Assembly: GCA_964538855.1 (NCBI GenBank)
Contig: CAZIEY010000001.1
Location: 245,389 to 309,388, forward strand
Length of the DNA: 64,000 nucleotides
Direction of reading: 5' to 3'
DNA from: an uncultured Candidatus Saccharibacteria bacterium
GTDB taxonomy: Bacteria > Patescibacteriota > Minisyncoccia > Phycocordibacterales > JAACPR01
Position numbers and translations under genes: made by a program. The notes below the pieces were generated by a model, which was given only the letters and a program-made list of their open reading frames with translations, ran no database searches and was not told where the DNA came from. Every line of letters starts with the position of its first letter. The stretch's first letter is position 1. Positions 40,003 through 49,229 of the stretch are shown in pieces.

Positions 40003-41901
40003 ATGGGAATATTCGATTTTCTAAAAAAGAAGGAAGTAGCAACAAAAGGACCAGACATCACCTCGTTTTTGCCACAGCAAATTTATGAGGCAGGTGTCTT
40101 GGAATTACGCGACATTATCGCACCATCTGCTTTGAAAATTACCCCAAAAACACTCAACCTCGGCGAAAAGGTGGTGCGTAGCTTCTTTGTAATTTCATAT
40201 CCGCGCTTCTTGTCAGACAGCTGGTTTGCACCGATTATCAACATGGACAAAGTTTTTGATGTCTCGATTTTCGTCCATCCGATTGAAACTTCAAAAATTC
40301 TAAAGCAATTTCAAAAAAAGGTGGCCGAAGTTCAAAGCCAAATTAACATGCGTGCAGAAAAAGGTCTTGTGCGCGATCCGCAATTAGACACTGCATACCA
40401 AGACCTCGAATCATTGCGAGACAATTTGCAACAAGCACAAGAACGCATTTTTGATGTCGGACTCTACATTACAATTTACGCCGATAACGAAGAAGAATTA
40501 GACAAGGTCGAGTCGGAATTCAAATCAATCCTAGAATCCAAGTTGGTTTACATGAAACCGGCTCTTTTCCAACAAGAAGAAGCTTTCAAAACGGTCATGC
40601 CTCTTTCAACAGACCTTCTCAATATCCATTCCAAGCTTAACTCTGGACCTCTTTCAAGTATTTTTCCATTCATTTCTTTTGAATTAACCAGTGATCGGGG
40701 AATTTTGTACGGAATCAATCGCCACAATTCAGGGCTCGTCTTGTTCGACCGATTCTCACTCGAAAACTACAACTCAGTGACATTTGCAAAAGCTGGTTCC
40801 GGAAAATCGTACGCGACCAAATTGGAAATTTTGCGTTCACTCATGTTTGGTACCGAAGTAATCGTGCTCGACCCAGAACGAGAATATGAATTTCTTGCCG
40901 AAGCAACCGGCGGGCGATATTTCAACGTATCTCTTTCATCAGAACATCATATCAATCCGTTCGACTTGCCGCGCGCAACAGGGGACGAGGAACCTGCGAA
41001 TATTTTGCGCTCTAACATTGTAAACCTCGTCGGGCTTTTCCGTCTCATGTTCGGAGGGCTTTCACCAGAAGAAGATGCGATTATCGACCGAGCAATCAGC
41101 GAAACATACGCCCTCAAAGACATTACACCTGATTCTGATTTCTCAGATATCGAACCACCGCTCTTGTCAGACTTCGAATTAGTTTTGGCTGGTATGGAAG
41201 GTGCAGAAAGTCTCGTCCAAAAATTGAGCAAATACACGAAAGGAACTTGGTCTGGCTTTATCAATAAACCAACAAACGTTGACCTCACCAAACATTTCAC
41301 TGTATTTTCATTGCGCGATATGGAAGACGAATTAAAGCCAATCGCAATGTATTTGATCACGCACTACATTTGGATCGAAGTTCGCCGTGAATTAAAAAAA
41401 CGCCTCCTCGTGATCGACGAGGCATGGTGGATGATGAAATCAGAAGACACCGCCTCTTTCCTATACGGACTCGCAAAACGAGGTCGAAAATACTATCTTG
41501 GACTTTCAACAATCACACAAGACGTTGAAGACTTTATGAGCTCACCATATGGAGTGCCGATTATTACAAACTCATCAATTCAATTTTTGATGAAGCAATC
41601 TCCATCTTCAATCGACGTAGTCCAGCGCACCTTTAACCTGACTGACGAAGAAAAATTCCTTTTACTTGAATCAAACGTAGGGGAGGGTATTTTCTTCGCT
41701 GGCATGAAACACGTTGCCATGAAGGTAATCGCCTCATACACCGAAGATCAAATTATCACGTCCGATCCGTCTCAAGTTTTGTCAATTCGTCGTGCAAAAG
41801 AAGAATTCAAAAATGCCCAAGCAACTGGCAGTGAGGGTCAGGACTTCAACCGTTCAAGCATCAGCAAGGTACGCGAAAACCTCCAAATCAACAAGGCTTA
41901 G
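40003..41901 (+). CDS. VirB4-like T4SS ATPase
   Basis: Walker A AKAGSGKS, DPEREY, INPFD, Walker B VIDEAW, RGRKY, TQD. Confidence 0.9.
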   Translation: MGIFDFLKKKEVATKGPDITSFLPQQIYEAGVLELRDIIAPSALKITPKTLNLGEKVVRSFFVISYPRFLSDSWFAPIINMDKVFDVSIFVHPIETSKILKQFQKKVAEVQSQINMRAEKGLVRDPQLDTAYQDLESLRDNLQQAQERIFDVGLYITIYADNEEELDKVESEFKSILESKLVYMKPALFQQEEAFKTVMPLSTDLLNIHSKLNSGPLSSIFPFISFELTSDRGILYGINRHNSGLVLFDRFSLENYNSVTFAKAGSGKSYATKLEILRSLMFGTEVIVLDPEREYEFLAEATGGRYFNVSLSSEHHINPFDLPRATGDEEPANILRSNIVNLVGLFRLMFGGLSPEEDAIIDRAISETYALKDITPDSDFSDIEPPLLSDFELVLAGMEGAESLVQKLSKYTKGTWSGFINKPTNVDLTKHFTVFSLRDMEDELKPIAMYLITHYIWIEVRRELKKRLLVIDEAWWMMKSEDTASFLYGLAKRGRKYYLGLSTITQDVEDFMSSPYGVPIITNSSIQFLMKQSPSSIDVVQRTFNLTDEEKFLLLESNVGEGIFFAGMKHVAMKVIASYTEDQIITSDPSQVLSIRRAKEEFKNAQATGSEGQDFNRSSISKVRENLQINKA

Positions 41902-41945
41902 GAAAGCCGGCTTTTCTCGCGAATTTTTGTAGTATAATTTGAGTA

Positions 41946-43022
41946 ATGAAAAAGTCTTTCTATGTAATGCTCGCATTGGCAATAGGGATACCGTTTTTTT
42001 CTTTTGCTCAAATTGCGGAAACTGATATATCCGCAGAAATTCAGGCCTTATTAGACACCTCAGTAGTAGATACATATTCTGGACTACCCGAGGGAGTGAG
42101 TGAGCAACTTTCTCTCGATATCACTCCGACAAATCCTCGACCTTTTGGCGATGTTACTTTGAGAATTACAAGCAACGCCACTGATTTAAACAAAGCAAAC
42201 ATTACTTGGCGGGTTAACAGTGCAGTTTCTCTCAAACAAATCGGTGCAACAACATTTACTTTTACTATGGGGAGGTTGGGGGAAAGTAAGGCAGTAAACG
42301 TTTCGATAGAAAAATACGGGGGAGGGGTTCTCGAAAAGACATACTTCTTTATTCCGACAGAAGTAGATTTGATTTACTCTGCGGACACATACACACCACC
42401 TTTTTACAAAGGGAAATCATGGCCAACACACCAATCAACCATCCGAGTCCTTGCTCTGCCTCGCATTTTGGATGATTATGACAGATTAATTTCCCCTGAC
42501 TCATACGTATACACATGGCGACGCGACGGCCGTGTAGTACAAGACCAATCTGGTTACGGAAAAAATGTCTTTACCTATACCAACGGCTTACTTGATGCAG
42601 ATGTAAAAATTAGTGTCGAAGCTTCTCCGCGCGAATACAACACTGTCGCATCAGCAAGTGTCATCATAGATCCGGTCGAACCCGAAATCGTTGTTTACGA
42701 AAAAAATCCAATCTATGGAACAATTTTTGAACAAGCAGTCACTGGAACTTACTACCTCACCAGAAATGAGATTACTTTTGAGGCCATTCCTTATTTCTTC
42801 AACAAAAACACCTTGGACCTTTCCTGGGTGATGAATGGGCAGCAGATAACCAACCTCTCAAATCCGCGTGAAGTCACCTTCCGTATCGAGGAGGATGAGG
42901 CTGGTAGGTCTGACATTGGCATTCAAGTGACAAATAGTGATAAAATATTGCAGTCAGCAAGCAATGGATTCACCCTGCTTTTTGAAAAGATTGCAGACGC
43001 AACGACTCCAAATAACTTTTAA
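41946..43022 (+). CDS. Secreted beta-rich (Ig-like) hypothetical protein
   Basis: Signal peptide, YTPPFYKGK, repeated W-containing strands. Confidence 0.7.
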   Translation: MKKSFYVMLALAIGIPFFSFAQIAETDISAEIQALLDTSVVDTYSGLPEGVSEQLSLDITPTNPRPFGDVTLRITSNATDLNKANITWRVNSAVSLKQIGATTFTFTMGRLGESKAVNVSIEKYGGGVLEKTYFFIPTEVDLIYSADTYTPPFYKGKSWPTHQSTIRVLALPRILDDYDRLISPDSYVYTWRRDGRVVQDQSGYGKNVFTYTNGLLDADVKISVEASPREYNTVASASVIIDPVEPEIVVYEKNPIYGTIFEQAVTGTYYLTRNEITFEAIPYFFNKNTLDLSWVMNGQQITNLSNPREVTFRIEEDEAGRSDIGIQVTNSDKILQSASNGFTLLFEKIADATTPNNF

Positions 43023-43025
43023 CAT

Positions 43026-43544
43026 ATGCGCACATTGAAACTATCGCAAAAAAAAATATTAGTAGGTTCTTTAATATTTACTCTGCTTACCCCTTTTGCT
43101 CTATCTGCCCAAATTTTTAACAGCTCAAATTCTACCTTGCCGCAAGCTCAACAGGGCGCATCAAATCCTGCTGCGACGCAAAATACTACTGCCCCAAAAC
43201 CTGACACAACACAAAAAACCACAGCACCTTCCTCAAAGAAAAGCTACACATCACTCACTGATATTCCAGGACTAACTCAGAACGGCACCAATTCCAATAT
43301 GTTAGCGACTCTCCAATTCATATTCAAGTGGGGAATTGCGGTTGCTGTGTTGCTTGCAATCCTAATGACAATTATAGGCGGAGTACAATATATGACCACC
43401 GATGCGATGTTTGCCAAAGAAGAGGGTAAGCACAAAATTCAATCAGCAATAATGGGGCTTCTCCTCGCTCTTTCGGCTTGGATTATTCTCTACACCATTA
43501 ACCCGCGCATTCTCGAAAAACCAGATTCTGAATTGTTAAGATAA
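43026..43544 (+). CDS. VirB2/TrbC-like pilin
   Basis: Signal peptide, two hydrophobic helices around GGVQYMT, ILYTINP. Confidence 0.75.
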   Translation: MRTLKLSQKKILVGSLIFTLLTPFALSAQIFNSSNSTLPQAQQGASNPAATQNTTAPKPDTTQKTTAPSSKKSYTSLTDIPGLTQNGTNSNMLATLQFIFKWGIAVAVLLAILMTIIGGVQYMTTDAMFAKEEGKHKIQSAIMGLLLALSAWIILYTINPRILEKPDSELLR

Positions 43545-43581
43545 ACCGCAAAAATACTTTACCACCTGCTATAATAAACGC

Positions 43582-44859
43582 ATGTCTCGTAAAACTCTCT
43601 TAATTATCATTGTACTATTCTTTTGTATCGGAGTCGGATTTTTGGGATATTATTTTTTAAAGCCTACAGCAGTAATTGAAACACCACTCAACAATACTGG
43701 AGTCCAAAACCCGTTTGGTAATTTCTTTCCAGCAGAAAATGTACCAGCAGCTCCGAACGTTACAACACCAGAAAAAGAAACTTCAACTATACAATATAGC
43801 GAACCCATCAGAAACCTGAGAAAAATCGCTGACGTACCGATCGCAGGTGGAATAGTTTTTGATAAAACTGCAACAAGCACCGCGGGCACCGTCTCAAACA
43901 CGATATTCCGATACGTCGAGAGGGCAACAGGTCATGTGTATGAAACAACCGCAACAAGCACCGCTAACGTGCGCATCTCAAACACAACTATTCCAAAAAT
44001 CTATGAGGCATTTTTCTTGGAGGATAAAAACCAAATTGCATTCCGATACTTAGGAAATGATGAAAAAATAGAAACATACGTGGCAACCATTCGCGCAACC
44101 ACCACAGTAGAAGGGGAAGTAAAGACCAACCTCGAGGGTATTTTCATGCAAAAAGACATCTCGGACTTTTCGACTTCTCCAAACGGAAAGAATATCTTCG
44201 CACTATCCCCAAACGCAAACTCTGCGAGTACGGCGCAATTGCTTGGACAAAGTGCCCTGGCTTCTAATCCAAACAAGCAATCAACCCTCTTCAGTTCTCC
44301 AATTCCGGTTTGGTCAGCAGAGTGGTTTGGAGGGGAACAGATTGCAGTCACTTCGAAACCAAGTTACAACGCGCAAGGAATTTTATATTTCATTAATTCC
44401 AGAACTGGATTTCAGGAAAAGATTCTTGGTCCAATCACCGGACTCGTTACAAAACCAAGCCCCGACGGTAAAAAGGTTGTATATTCAAAAAATGACGGTA
44501 GTGGAGTTACAACAAATTTCCTAACTGTTTCAACGAATATTATTAAGAGTTTACCTATCAAAACAATCGCGGATAAATGTGTGTGGAGTCGAAATAACAA
44601 AGATGTGTTCTGTGCGGTGCCGAATTCAAATCTTACCGGAGAATACCCAGACTTATGGTACATGGGACTTACTTCATTCAACGACTCACTCATAAAAATT
44701 GATACGGAACAAGAAACCGTGCGCACAATAATGTCGGTTGGGGCAGAAACAACAGAATCTCTTGATATGATTAACTTGCAACTTTCTCCAAAGGAAGATT
44801 ATTTAGTGTTTACTAACAAACGCGACCTCAGTTTCTGGAGTCTCGATATTAAAGAGTAG
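43582..44859 (+). CDS. Membrane-anchored beta-propeller-like protein
   Basis: SPNGK, SPDGKKV, SPKEDYL repeats; RISNTTIP. Confidence 0.75.
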   Translation: MSRKTLLIIIVLFFCIGVGFLGYYFLKPTAVIETPLNNTGVQNPFGNFFPAENVPAAPNVTTPEKETSTIQYSEPIRNLRKIADVPIAGGIVFDKTATSTAGTVSNTIFRYVERATGHVYETTATSTANVRISNTTIPKIYEAFFLEDKNQIAFRYLGNDEKIETYVATIRATTTVEGEVKTNLEGIFMQKDISDFSTSPNGKNIFALSPNANSASTAQLLGQSALASNPNKQSTLFSSPIPVWSAEWFGGEQIAVTSKPSYNAQGILYFINSRTGFQEKILGPITGLVTKPSPDGKKVVYSKNDGSGVTTNFLTVSTNIIKSLPIKTIADKCVWSRNNKDVFCAVPNSNLTGEYPDLWYMGLTSFNDSLIKIDTEQETVRTIMSVGAETTESLDMINLQLSPKEDYLVFTNKRDLSFWSLDIKE

Positions 44860-44861
44860 GG

Positions 44862-44983
44862 GTAAATAAAAATAACTTTAAATTTTAAAAGTCTGGTTGA
44901 GCATCAAAACAAAACACACATTCATTTCTGAACGTGCGTGATGAGACCCGAGGACTTTAAAATTTAAAGTTATTTTTATTTAC
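44862..44983 (+). repeat. Long copy of dispersed palindromic element (family A)
   Basis: 31-bp arms with one bulge; core tggttgagc...gacccgag; between convergent genes. Confidence 0.85.
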
Positions 44984-45695
44984 GCTCTCTCCTAAGATAG
45001 AGCTCTTGGCCAATTGAGAAAATATTGCTTGTCGTAAAATAGAGGGCGAGAAGCGCACCTAATTGAGCAGAAATAAAGAACATAATGATCGGCAGAACAT
45101 ATTTCATCTGCATATTCATACCTTTCATAATATCTTCCATCATTTTTTCTTTCGAGCCTGCTTCGGCAGTATTAGTCGGCTTGTTATTGGCCGCCATAAT
45201 GTGCGCTTGAATTAGTTGCGAGAAGGCCGCAGTAAAGGCAAGAAGGTACGATTTTGCCGTCAAAGTGATAAATCCGAGAAATACCACATTCACGGACGCT
45301 GGGATTGAAATAAACGAGTATAGAATGTCGGTATTAATATTTGGAAGACCTTCTCGAAGAAAAACAAAATAGAGAGCAAAAATAATTGGTAGTTGAATCA
45401 AAATCAACAAAATACTCGCAAAAGGCTTGATGTTATTTTCTCTATAAATCCGCATCATCTCGGTTGCCATCATCTGGCGATCATCTTTGTACTTATCCTG
45501 AATTTCTTTTATTTTTGGCGCAATCTCCTTCATCTTTATTTGAGAACGAATAGCATTTCGAGAGATAGGGAAGAGAATTGCCCGGACAATCACCGTCAAA
45601 ATAATGATCGCAAGTCCGAGATCACCAAAGGGAATAATATTAAGAATAAAGATTAACGCGTTATAAAGTGGTTCTACGATAAAGTTTTGGTACAT
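44976..45695 (-). CDS. yidC: Membrane protein insertase YidC
   Basis: AIIILT..VR, PKIKEIQDKY, QLPI; conserved synteny. Confidence 0.95.
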   Translation of the reverse strand: MYQNFIVEPLYNALIFILNIIPFGDLGLAIIILTVIVRAILFPISRNAIRSQIKMKEIAPKIKEIQDKYKDDRQMMATEMMRIYRENNIKPFASILLILIQLPIIFALYFVFLREGLPNINTDILYSFISIPASVNVVFLGFITLTAKSYLLAFTAAFSQLIQAHIMAANNKPTNTAEAGSKEKMMEDIMKGMNMQMKYVLPIIMFFISAQLGALLALYFTTSNIFSIGQELYLRRERK

Positions 45696-45703
45696 GCGCT
45701 GTA

Positions 45704-46018
45704 TTATAGTACATTTTCAAGCTCTTTCGAAATTTCTACGAAGGTCGCACCATTTGATTTGGGTGAAGCGAGCACAACATGATCGGAATTACTATATTTT
45801 GAAACGTTTTTTCGTAAAGCGTGCATAAATCGCTTTTTTACCAGATTTCTCCGTACTGCCGATTTTGAAACCTTTTTCGAAACAACTACAGAAAACCTTG
45901 GAAAATCAAGGTTATTCTGTGTTTTTCTCATTAAAAAAAGCCCCGAAGAGACCTTTTGGCCTTCTGTCAGGATTTTTTTAAAACACTCCCTTGGTACCCG
46001 GTGTTTAACAGGGAACAT
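45704..46018 (-). CDS. rnpA: RNase P protein
   Basis: VSKKVSKSAVRRN; synteny. Confidence 0.93.
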   Translation of the reverse strand: MFPVKHRVPRECFKKILTEGQKVSSGLFLMRKTQNNLDFPRFSVVVSKKVSKSAVRRNLVKKRFMHALRKNVSKYSNSDHVVLASPKSNGATFVEISKELENVL

Positions 46019-46025
46019 GGTGTTT

Positions 46026-46169
46026 TTACTTCGAAGAAACTGTGAGCTTTCGGCGACCTTTCTGCATTCGTCGCTTTAAAGTCTTTTTCCCACCTGGAGT
46101 TTTAGTTCGTACTAGAAATCCGTGAGTTTTTGCTCGCTTTCTTTTTTTTGGGTTGTAGGTGAATGACAT
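46026..46169 (-). CDS. rpmH: 50S ribosomal protein L34
   Basis: Manual translation [21 protein letters not shown]...[11 protein letters not shown]. Confidence 0.95.
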   Translation of the reverse strand: MSFTYNPKKRKRAKTHGFLVRTKTPGGKKTLKRRMQKGRRKLTVSSK

Positions 46170-46271
46170 AATTTTTTATTAACAGCTTATAAACATATTA
46201 TTAACATATTTATCGCATTTTAACAAGTTCTTAATTTTTTCAATGGGTATATAATATCTCTAAACCAAATT

Positions 46272-47624
46272 ATGTTAAACACTCTTGATTACAAAACATT
46301 ATGGGAAGATGCTTTGATTAGCGTTGAAAAAGAAATTTCAAAAGCTAACTTTAAGACTTGGTTTAAAGATACTTTTATAAATAAATATGATGACGGGGTG
46401 ATTCAAATCGGAGTCCCCAACACTTTTGTTAAAGATTGGCTTAATAACAAGTTTAATAAAGTTGTTTTAAAGGCTTTACGTGATATTAATGACTCCATTC
46501 GGGCAGTTGAATATACTGTCTGCAAGATTGAAAAGGCTAAAAACCAAGAAAACAAAAGGATTTTTGCCAAAAACCCAAACGAGCTTCCTTTGGCGGACTA
46601 TTATATTAATCGTGAAGACAATTTAAATCCGCGCTACATTTTCGAGAGCTTCGTTATTGGTCCGTTCAACGAATTGGCGCACGCAGCTGCACAAGCAATC
46701 ATCAAGCAGCCAGGAATCGTCTACAACCCACTCTTTGTGTACGGCAGCACAGGGCACGGCAAAACTCACCTCATCCAAGCGATAGGGAATCAGATCAAAA
46801 CACAGTATAAAGACAAAAAAGTCTACTATCTCACCTCTGAAAAATTCCAATCCGAATATATTGATGCTGTTCAAGCAAACCGCGTAAACCAGTTCAAGGA
46901 AAAATATAGAAAATATGATGTTGTCATTATGGACGATATTCAATTTTTATCTAAAAAAGAAAAAACCCAAGAAGAATTGTTTCACCTATTCAATACTCTC
47001 TACGACAACAACAAACAGATCGTCTTTTCTTCTGATCAACACCCAAATTTCATTCCGGGGCTCGAAGACCGCCTCAAATCTCGCTTTAATCAAGGAATGA
47101 TTGTTGATATTCCTCAACCTGATCATGAATCGAGAATCGCTATTTTACGTTCAAAAATAGACCGCAGCGAGGTAAATATCCCAGAAGATATCGTTAATTT
47201 CCTTGCTCAAACCATAGAGGGAAACATTCGTGAATTAGAGGGTGCTGTAAACTCAATCATTTGCCACACACAACTGAAAGGTCGCGATCTATCGTTCAAT
47301 GAAATCAAAGACCTTATTAAAAACAATTCAAAACCAAAGAAAATGGTTTCGGTCAATGAACTCATTAAAATTGTCTCTGAATTCTATAATATCGAAGAAA
47401 AAAGCATCTGCGATAAAACTCGTCGCAAAGAAATTGTTCGACCTCGCCAGGTAACTATGTATATTTTGCGAGAAGACTTTAACATCTCTTACCCAACAAT
47501 TGGGGAAAAGTTGGGGGGAAGAGATCACACAACCGTCATTCACTCTTGTGACAAAATCAAGAGGGAAGTGTTACTAGATAACACATTATCGCAACAAATT
47601 AACCAGATCAGGTCTATGTTATAA
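46272..47624 (+). CDS. dnaA: Replication initiator DnaA
   Basis: YNPLFVYG, GHGKTHL, DDIQF, NIRELEG, GRDHTTV. Confidence 0.99.
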   Translation: MLNTLDYKTLWEDALISVEKEISKANFKTWFKDTFINKYDDGVIQIGVPNTFVKDWLNNKFNKVVLKALRDINDSIRAVEYTVCKIEKAKNQENKRIFAKNPNELPLADYYINREDNLNPRYIFESFVIGPFNELAHAAAQAIIKQPGIVYNPLFVYGSTGHGKTHLIQAIGNQIKTQYKDKKVYYLTSEKFQSEYIDAVQANRVNQFKEKYRKYDVVIMDDIQFLSKKEKTQEELFHLFNTLYDNNKQIVFSSDQHPNFIPGLEDRLKSRFNQGMIVDIPQPDHESRIAILRSKIDRSEVNIPEDIVNFLAQTIEGNIRELEGAVNSIICHTQLKGRDLSFNEIKDLIKNNSKPKKMVSVNELIKIVSEFYNIEEKSICDKTRRKEIVRPRQVTMYILREDFNISYPTIGEKLGGRDHTTVIHSCDKIKREVLLDNTLSQQINQIRSML

Positions 47625-47846
47625 AAAGTGGAAAACTTTTGTATAACTTCCCTGAAAATTGTGTACAAGTTCCTTATAAGTTTCATTCTTTAAAATTATT
47701 ATTTTCTTATTCTTTCTTTCTCAGAGAGTTATCAGATACCGGTAATCGCCCTGTGCGTTGCAGACAAAGAGAAAAATCATCTTATCCACTTATCAACAGA
47801 CTTATATGGTTAATTGTTTTTATTAAAAAGAGATACAATATAAATT
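47625..47846. other. Candidate oriC between dnaA and dnaN
   Basis: AT-rich; TTATCCACT 47782, TTATCAACA 47790 and degenerate boxes. Confidence 0.55.
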
Positions 47847-48950
47847 ATGAAATTCGAATGTAATAAAGAAAAAATATCTGCGGCAATAAATCGATCGGAC
47901 AGGATCACAGGAAAAAATGCAAGCCTCCCAGTTCTTGCTTGTATTCTAATTGATGCCAAAAAAGACGGTGTAACTGTAAAATCAACAAATCTTGATATTG
48001 GTCTTGAAATATCAATCTCTTGCAAAGTCTCTGAGCCGGGAATAGTTGCGGTATCAGGAGGTATCCTCAATTCATACCTCTCTAGTTTGAGTAAAAACGA
48101 CTCAACATTGAATTTTAGTCTACAAAATGACAATCTGTATATCTCATCGAAAAATAGCGAGACGGTGATTAAAACACATCCTCACGACGATTTTCCAAAC
48201 ATCCCACGCATTAAAGAAGAGCAATCGTTTCGAATTGAGCCAAAGGATCTTTTGAAAGGATTTCAGTCTGTGTGGTACAGCGCATCCATTTCGAACATAA
48301 AACCAGAACTTTCAAGTGTTTATATTTATCCTGAAGGTGAAAATATTTACTTTGTGGCTACCGACTCGTTTAGACTAGCAGAAAAAAATGTGAGACTTGG
48401 AAAAACCGATGGTTTTCAGGCTATTTTAATCCCTTTCAAGAATACCACTGAAATTGCACGTGTTTTTGATGACAGCAGCGAAGTGATAGATATTTTCTTT
48501 GATGAAAACCAAATAGTTCTAAAGAATAATGAAGTATATGTTATTTCTCGTATTGTTGACGGAGTCTTTCCTGACTATAAACAGATTATCCCCAAAACCG
48601 AGACAACAGTTGTGAATGTATTAAAAGACGACTTTGTTCAGGCGATGCGCGTTTCTAATATCTTTTCAAATAATTTTAATCAGACAACCATCTCGATAGT
48701 ACCGAGCGACTCTGTTATGGAAATTTCGACACAGAATAAGGACAAAGGGGAAACCATTAATAGAGTAAAAGCAAATATAGAAGGTGAGGCAATTAAAATT
48801 AGCTTTAATCATAAGTATATTAATGATTGTCTTGGATCAATCAACTCTGACACTCTCAAGTTGATTTTTAATGGAAACGGAAAACCTCTTGTTATTATGG
48901 GTTCAAAAGATAGCACTTTCAGATATTTGGTGATGCCGATGAATAAATAG
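47847..48950 (+). CDS. dnaN: DNA polymerase III beta clamp
   Basis: STNLD, ATDSFRLAE, FPDY, VMPM. Confidence 0.97.
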   Translation: MKFECNKEKISAAINRSDRITGKNASLPVLACILIDAKKDGVTVKSTNLDIGLEISISCKVSEPGIVAVSGGILNSYLSSLSKNDSTLNFSLQNDNLYISSKNSETVIKTHPHDDFPNIPRIKEEQSFRIEPKDLLKGFQSVWYSASISNIKPELSSVYIYPEGENIYFVATDSFRLAEKNVRLGKTDGFQAILIPFKNTTEIARVFDDSSEVIDIFFDENQIVLKNNEVYVISRIVDGVFPDYKQIIPKTETTVVNVLKDDFVQAMRVSNIFSNNFNQTTISIVPSDSVMEISTQNKDKGETINRVKANIEGEAIKISFNHKYINDCLGSINSDTLKLIFNGNGKPLVIMGSKDSTFRYLVMPMNK

Positions 48951-48959
48951 CCTATAAGA

Positions 48960-49229
48960 ATGCAAAATATTGCTTTTTATTTACAAAAATACGCAAAGAT
49001 TGGTTTTAAGGAGGAGGGTGTTAAAAAATGTCTCATAACTGCAATTAAAGAGGTGTGTAATGTGGATTTGGACCCCATCAAAATAAAAATCACTCAAGAA
49101 ACAATTCATATTCACGCAGTCGGCATAGAAAAATCAGAAATCTTTGTGAATACTAAAAAGATAGTTGATCTGTTTAATCAAAAAATGGAATATTTAGGAT
49201 ACAAAATTCTCGATAAAAAGATTATTTAA
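48960..49229 (+). CDS. Small hypothetical protein after dnaN
   Basis: Tightly coupled 89-aa ORF. Confidence 0.6.
   Translation: MQNIAFYLQKYAKIGFKEEGVKKCLITAIKEVCNVDLDPIKIKITQETIHIHAVGIEKSEIFVNTKKIVDLFNQKMEYLGYKILDKKII

Noticed and set aside
44862-44983. Family A core as a hammerhead ribozyme or IscB omega-RNA
   Set aside because: Only short resemblances (gtgatgag, accagact); the required cores and partner genes are absent
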